Virus record (IMG/VR): IMGVR_UViG_3300032291_002550
Location: 436 to 64,435 of that record
Length of the DNA stretch: 64,000 bases
Origin: a virus
Reading direction: 5' to 3' (one strand)
The translations under genes were made by a program, and so were the position numbers. Below the pieces are notes generated by a model. That model did no database searches. It worked only from the letters and a program-made list of their open reading frames with translations, and was not told where the DNA came from. Positions 58,720 to 64,000 of the stretch are shown here, piece by piece (the first letter of the stretch is position 1; each line of letters opens with the position of its first letter).

Positions 58720-60581
58720 TGAATATTATAATACCTATAGGAGGAATTGGACAAAGATTTAAAGACGAAGGATATTTAATGCCTAAACCTTTAATTAATG
58801 TTTTAGGTAAACCTATGATTAATCGTGTTATTGATAGTTTAAATGTAACAGATGATGATTGTATTTATATAGTATATAATAATCAATTGAAAGAATTTAA
58901 TTTTGAAAGTTTAATTAAATTTTATTTTCCAAAAAAGTCTATTAAATTTATTGCATTAAATCATTTAACTAAAGGAGCAGCTGAAACAGTATTATATTGC
59001 CTAAATACATTATCTAATGTAGAGTTAAATAAAAATTTTTTATTAGTAGATTGTGATACTTTCTATACAGATGATATTATTACGTTATATAAAGAATCTG
59101 AATATAAGAATTTAATATATTATTTTGAAGATATTACAACTGACCCAATATTTTCTTATATTAAAATAGACTCAGATAATAAAATTCTCGACATAAAAGA
59201 AAAAGAAAAGATATCTGATTATGCAAACACTGGGGCGTATGGATTTGCTCATGGTCATTTACTTAAAACGTATTGTGAAGATATTTTAAAATTAAATACT
59301 TCAGAATTATATATTTCTTATATTTACGATAAGTTTTTAAAGGATAATATTGAAGTGTATGGTACGAAAATAACTAACTTTAATTGTGTCGGAACACCTT
59401 TACAACTTAAAATTTATTGTAACAAATACAAAAGCAACTCAGAGAAGCTTCGTATATGCTTTGACTTGGACAATACATTAGTATCATATCCACAAATACA
59501 TGGAGATTATTCTAGTGTACTACCTATTACAAAAAATATTAACTTTGCTAAGTTTTTAAAATCATTAGGCCATACAATTATAATACATACGGCTAGAAGA
59601 ATGAAAACTCATACCGGTAATGTTGGAGGTGTAGTTGCTGATATCGGTAAAGTTACTATTGATACGTTAGAGAAGTTTGAAATTCCATATGACGAACTTT
59701 ATTTTGGCAAACCATATGCTAATTTTTATATAGATGATCTGGGAGTTAATCCAATGTTATCATTAGATAAGGGATTAGGAATATTTAATACAATTACAGC
59801 CCCTCGAGAATTTAATAAAGTAGAATTTAATGGCTCTACAATGACTAAATACACTAATAATGAAGGAGAAGTTTATTGGTATCAAAATATACCTAAAAAA
59901 ATAGAATATCTGTTTCCAAAAGTATATAGTTCCGAAAATAATAAATTAATTTTAGAGAATATTGATGGTGTTACATATTCATATCTTTATACTCATAAAG
60001 AATTATCTTTAACTGATTTACATATATTATTAGATACATTAACGAGCGTATATGAACTTAAATCTAATGATGATATAAATATATATTCTAACTATTTTTA
60101 TAAGTTATCGAACAGATATTATTCTAATAAGCATATTTATAAAGATATACCAGAATCTAAAGAATTATTTATTTTAATTTCTAATCAATTAAAAGATTAT
60201 GAAAATAAAAATCTAGGTAAACAAAGAATAATACATGGAGATTTAGTATTTACGAATATTATAAAGACTAAAAATTCTTTAAAACTTATCGATATGCGTG
60301 GTAAAGTTGGAGATGTATTATCAATTGAAGGTGATATGTATTATGATTATGCTAAAATATATCAATCAATAATTGGATATGATTACATCTTAAATGATAT
60401 TGAAATGGATAACGTATATATGAATCAGTTTTTAGTAGAATTCGAATCGCACTTTTATAAAGATGAATTAAAATATATTAAACTTATCACGGCTAGTTTA
60501 TTATTTTCATTAATACCATTACATTCAGACACATCGGAGAAATTTGATAAATACTTTACCTTAATTAAAACCTTACTATGA
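58719..60581 (+). CDS. Multidomain sugar-activation enzyme: sugar-phosphate nucleotidyltransferase, HAD phosphatase and APH/choline-kinase-like kinase
   Basis: N-terminal IIPIGGIGQRF...KPLINVLGKPMI (NTP-transferase G-loop). Central CFDLDNTLV (HAD motif I). C-terminal IHGDLVFTNII...DMRG (Brenner HGDxxxxN kinase motif). Confidence 0.6.
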   Translation: MNIIIPIGGIGQRFKDEGYLMPKPLINVLGKPMINRVIDSLNVTDDDCIYIVYNNQLKEFNFESLIKFYFPKKSIKFIALNHLTKGAAETVLYCLNTLSNVELNKNFLLVDCDTFYTDDIITLYKESEYKNLIYYFEDITTDPIFSYIKIDSDNKILDIKEKEKISDYANTGAYGFAHGHLLKTYCEDILKLNTSELYISYIYDKFLKDNIEVYGTKITNFNCVGTPLQLKIYCNKYKSNSEKLRICFDLDNTLVSYPQIHGDYSSVLPITKNINFAKFLKSLGHTIIIHTARRMKTHTGNVGGVVADIGKVTIDTLEKFEIPYDELYFGKPYANFYIDDLGVNPMLSLDKGLGIFNTITAPREFNKVEFNGSTMTKYTNNEGEVYWYQNIPKKIEYLFPKVYSSENNKLILENIDGVTYSYLYTHKELSLTDLHILLDTLTSVYELKSNDDINIYSNYFYKLSNRYYSNKHIYKDIPESKELFILISNQLKDYENKNLGKQRIIHGDLVFTNIIKTKNSLKLIDMRGKVGDVLSIEGDMYYDYAKIYQSIIGYDYILNDIEMDNVYMNQFLVEFESHFYKDELKYIKLITASLLFSLIPLHSDTSEKFDKYFTLIKTLL

Positions 60582-61627
60582 CATATAAACAAGAAATAAT
60601 AAGTCTTGACTCAAATTATAACAGACAATATTATCATATCTTAGATAATGTATATGTTAAGCAACTAGATACGCCTGAGTATATTGAAGTGGTTCATGAT
60701 TCTAAAAAAGTAGTTGCTGGAATAGATAATGGAGCTCAGTCAGATGGAAATCCAAATACAATATATGATGATATTATTACAAAAGATAATATTATTGAAG
60801 ATGAATATATTAATGATGATGTATTTTTATTCTTTGATCAAGCAGGAGTAAATTATATACATTTCTTCTTTAATATGTTTTGTAAATGTTTTTATTATGA
60901 TAAGATTATTGAAACTAATCCAAATATCAAATTTGGTATTTTAGAAAGTTTTTATCAAGACTCAGGAAATTATTCGTTTATAAAAGATTGGTTAAATCTA
61001 TATTATAAAGATCTTAATGTAATTGTATTTAAAAAAGATATACAATATAAAGTTAAGAATTTAATACTTCCTAATGGATTTTATGCATTTCCTGAAGGTA
61101 GTGGATATAATAATATCTTACATAAAATAATTGAAACGGCATCTAAAATAGAACCAATACAAACTAAATCAAATAGCGTATATATTTCTCGTCAAGATAC
61201 AATTAAACGAGGCTGGTATCATAACAGAATACTTACAAACGAATTAGAACTTATTGATAAATTAAAATCAGAACTTAATTATGATATTGTAGAATTAATG
61301 GATTATGATATTATAGGTAAGATTCAAATTTTTAAATCATATAAGTATATTCTTCAGCAAAGTAGCGCATCTAATATGAATATATTATTTTCAGGAGAAG
61401 ATAATACAAATATCATATTAGCTCATCCATTAATGGAAGGATGGCTAGGATATCATTCTGCCAATTTTGCAAAAGCATCATTATCTAATTTAATAATGTT
61501 ATCTGATGGAGGTACATTGCTACCAGAATTAAAAGACCCGGCTGTTACAGATCCAAATAATTGCCCTTGGGAATTATCAAATATTGACGGAATTATAGAA
61601 GTATTAAAAACACAAATACATGAATAA
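60578..61627 (+). CDS. Hypothetical protein (in sugar island)
   Basis: 349-aa ORF. Confidence 0.45.
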   Translation: MTYKQEIISLDSNYNRQYYHILDNVYVKQLDTPEYIEVVHDSKKVVAGIDNGAQSDGNPNTIYDDIITKDNIIEDEYINDDVFLFFDQAGVNYIHFFFNMFCKCFYYDKIIETNPNIKFGILESFYQDSGNYSFIKDWLNLYYKDLNVIVFKKDIQYKVKNLILPNGFYAFPEGSGYNNILHKIIETASKIEPIQTKSNSVYISRQDTIKRGWYHNRILTNELELIDKLKSELNYDIVELMDYDIIGKIQIFKSYKYILQQSSASNMNILFSGEDNTNIILAHPLMEGWLGYHSANFAKASLSNLIMLSDGGTLLPELKDPAVTDPNNCPWELSNIDGIIEVLKTQIHE

Positions 61628-62567
61628 GAAAAAAATAGCTTGTATGCTGTTTAATTTATCAACAGCCAGTTTATCATATGATGAATTAAAAAATTATGAT
61701 AATGATACATTTTTTGCCCCGAATGCTGTTAATAGCTTTAAAAAATGGAATCCTGAAGTGGATACATTTTATTTAGATGACAATGGATTTAAAGAAATGT
61801 TAAAAGACTTAAATATTACAGAATTTTATGATAATGTAGGAGTAGTACGTATACATGTAATAAAAGAGTTAATGAAGCAGCGTGGTTATACTAAATGTAT
61901 TATGTTAGGTATTGATACATTTACATGTGCACGTTTAGATGAGTTTCTTGACGATGATGTTACAGATATGATTTGTTCAGCAGGACCTCCATATTCATTT
62001 ATCAAAACAGATTATTGGTCACCTCCAATTGTAGAATTTAATTATAATAATCAAATACATCATGATGTAGCATTTATTAATGCCGATGTAGTATGTATTA
62101 ATAATGCAGAAATGGCAGAATTATTATATAATAAAAGTATTGAATATTGGAGTAATCATGCAGAACAAGGAGGAATGAATTGGTGTTATAGCAATCAAGA
62201 TTCATTAGGAGTTAAAGTAAGTATCGTTGATTTTCCATATCTAACTTCAAAAGTATCATATAATGTACGATCTAAAGGAGATGCTTGTGGCGGATATCAA
62301 ATGATAAAAGGTAAAGTATTATCTGGGCGCGGAGGGCAAGTAATTTCAAATATTTATCCCACTTCAGAATATTCTGTTATAAATAATAAATTATTTACGA
62401 AAGACGGGAAACAAATTAAAGTATTTCATTACGCAGAAGGATTAGGATTTCGTACAGACAAAGATGAACAGACCTATGAAGAAGCAGTGTATGAAATGAA
62501 AACAATGTGGTTTAATAAAGAAACGATAGATTTTTTAGAAAAAGAATGCGGTTGTAATTTTAAATAG
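61620..62567 (+). CDS. Hypothetical protein (in sugar island)
   Basis: 315-aa ORF. Confidence 0.45.
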   Translation: MNKKKIACMLFNLSTASLSYDELKNYDNDTFFAPNAVNSFKKWNPEVDTFYLDDNGFKEMLKDLNITEFYDNVGVVRIHVIKELMKQRGYTKCIMLGIDTFTCARLDEFLDDDVTDMICSAGPPYSFIKTDYWSPPIVEFNYNNQIHHDVAFINADVVCINNAEMAELLYNKSIEYWSNHAEQGGMNWCYSNQDSLGVKVSIVDFPYLTSKVSYNVRSKGDACGGYQMIKGKVLSGRGGQVISNIYPTSEYSVINNKLFTKDGKQIKVFHYAEGLGFRTDKDEQTYEEAVYEMKTMWFNKETIDFLEKECGCNFK

Positions 62568-62586
62568 TATTTATTATATTATTGTT

Positions 62587-63900
62587 ATGAAAGAAATATT
62601 AGAATTAGTAGAAAAGTACATTCAAGAAAAACACTCTAAAAAGAGTTGGGAAGCAGGTAAAGATTGGGTTCAGTATGCTGGCCCTTATTTCAACTCTCGA
62701 GAATATGTTGCAGCAGTTAAATCTTTATTAGGAGAATGGTTAGTATTAGGAGCAGATGCTATTAAGTTTGAAACTAAATTTCCTAAACTATTTGGTAAGC
62801 AATATGGATTGTTAACTAATAGTGGATCTAGTGCAAACTTACTTATGATGTTAGCAATGACATCTAAAAGAGGTTTAAATCTTCCAAAAGGAACAAAAGT
62901 AATTACTCCTATTGCAGGATTTCCAACAACGATCAATCCAATAATACAAGTAGGATTTACTCCTATCTTTGTTGATATTGAGCTAGAGACTTTAAACTTA
63001 GATTTAGATGGTGTTGAAAAAGCTTGTATAGAAAATCCAGATGCAAAAATTATTACCTTTGCTCATGTATTAGGCAATCCACCTGATATGAATAGATTAA
63101 TGGATATTGTTAAAAAATATAACTTAATCCTATTAGAAGATTGTTGTGATGCATTAGGTTCAACATTTGAAGGTAAAGCATTAGGATCTTTTGGAGATTT
63201 AGCTAGCTGCTCATTCTATCCAGCACATCATATGACTATTGGTGAAGGTGGATTTGTAGCGTGTAAAGATGAAAGTACAGAGAGAATTATAAGAAGCTTT
63301 AGAGAATGGGGAAGAGGATGTTATTGTGTTGGAAAGCAAAACTTATTAGAGTGTGGAACTTGTAACAATAGATTCAGTAACTGGCTTCCTTCATTGCCAA
63401 ATGATTTATTCGATCATAAATACACTTACGAAGAGATTGGTTATAATTTAAAGCCAATTGAAATGCAAGCTGCTATTGGATTAGTTCAAATGGAAAAACT
63501 AAAGGAGATTGGTGAAAAGAGAAAAGAAAATTATAAGAACCTATTTGCAGCTTTTAGTAAGTATGAACAATACTTTCATTTACATAAAGCTCAACAAGGT
63601 GCAGATGTAGATTGGTTTGCATTTCCAATTACACTAAGAGATGATGCTCCATTCAAGCGTTCAGACATTTGTCAGTTTTTTGAAGCCAATAAAATACAAA
63701 CTAGACCATACTTTGCAGGTAATATTATGTTACAACCAGCTTATGCAGGAATGATGGATCCAGAAAAAGTAGTTAAAGATTATCCAGTTGCTAGAAAGGT
63801 AACTACAGATACATTCTTTTTAGGAACATCTCCGGTAATTGATAAAGCAAAGACAGATTATATTGAAACAATTTTAGATAAGTTTATACAAACTTTATGA
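62587..63900 (+). CDS. DegT/DnrJ/EryC1 family enzyme of the E1 (RfbH/DdhC, CDP-4-keto-6-deoxyglucose-3-dehydrase) type
   Basis: 437 aa. SFYPAHHMTIGEGGFV has His in place of the PLP-binding Lys, as in E1 dehydrases. GSSANLL. Cys cluster CYCVGKQNLLECGTC. Confidence 0.75.
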   Translation: MKEILELVEKYIQEKHSKKSWEAGKDWVQYAGPYFNSREYVAAVKSLLGEWLVLGADAIKFETKFPKLFGKQYGLLTNSGSSANLLMMLAMTSKRGLNLPKGTKVITPIAGFPTTINPIIQVGFTPIFVDIELETLNLDLDGVEKACIENPDAKIITFAHVLGNPPDMNRLMDIVKKYNLILLEDCCDALGSTFEGKALGSFGDLASCSFYPAHHMTIGEGGFVACKDESTERIIRSFREWGRGCYCVGKQNLLECGTCNNRFSNWLPSLPNDLFDHKYTYEEIGYNLKPIEMQAAIGLVQMEKLKEIGEKRKENYKNLFAAFSKYEQYFHLHKAQQGADVDWFAFPITLRDDAPFKRSDICQFFEANKIQTRPYFAGNIMLQPAYAGMMDPEKVVKDYPVARKVTTDTFFLGTSPVIDKAKTDYIETILDKFIQTL

Positions 63901-64000
63901 GGCCAATTGTAATATATACTTATGACTTTGATATAGGAGTTGGAGGTATTAAAGTAATGCACAAACTATGCCATATGTTAAATGAAATGGGCTATGAAAG
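63897..64000 (+). CDS. Hypothetical protein, 5' partial at the window end
   Basis: ATGA overlap. MRPIVIYTYDFDIGVGGIKVMHKL... continues beyond the window. Confidence 0.4.
   Translation, partial: MRPIVIYTYDFDIGVGGIKVMHKLCHMLNEMGYE

Overview
This window is a contiguous piece of a large virulent double-stranded DNA phage genome with a T4-like gene repertoire. Almost every gene is on the + strand, the sequence is AT-rich, and genes are packed tightly with frequent ATGA start/stop overlaps. The host looks like a member of Bacteroidetes (Flavobacteriia). The evidence is Flavobacterial-type signal peptides ending in AQ/GQ, a type IX secretion system (T9SS) C-terminal sorting domain on one phage protein, no Shine-Dalgarno sequences, and a conserved AAGTTATG start context.

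Recognisable content, in order:
- a phage GroEL, with a GroES homologue 13 kb away
- a homing endonuclease gene (HEG) inserted in the 5' end of an RNase H/flap endonuclease gene
- a DnaB/gp41-like helicase, NrdB, a compact NrdA and a dUTPase
- a scattered 7-deazaguanine DNA-modification pathway: a QueD-like protein, QueE, FolE and a DpdA/TGT-family transglycosylase
- two paralogous glycosyltransferase-like genes interleaved with these
- a B-family DNA polymerase, a sliding clamp and a clamp loader
- an ATP-dependent DNA ligase fractured into two ORFs by a split intein, with a free-standing HEG between the intein halves
- a small tRNA cluster that includes two atypical tRNA-like elements
- a tandemly duplicated HAD/small-protein module
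- a thymidylate synthase carrying in-frame repeated peptide modules that also occur in a neighbouring ORF
- a cluster of secreted, lipoprotein and T9SS-tagged proteins with the only minus-strand gene
- a Cas4/RecB-like nuclease
- a third HEG flanked by direct repeats
- a large sugar-nucleotide and glycosyltransferase island: an E1/RfbH-like dehydrase, a fusion of nucleotidyltransferase, HAD phosphatase and kinase domains, and several glycosyltransferases

A conserved ~45-bp intergenic element, made of a dyad plus a mini-ORF, recurs at least six times immediately upstream of start codons.

All calls rest on motif-level reading of the supplied translations and DNA. No database searches were run.
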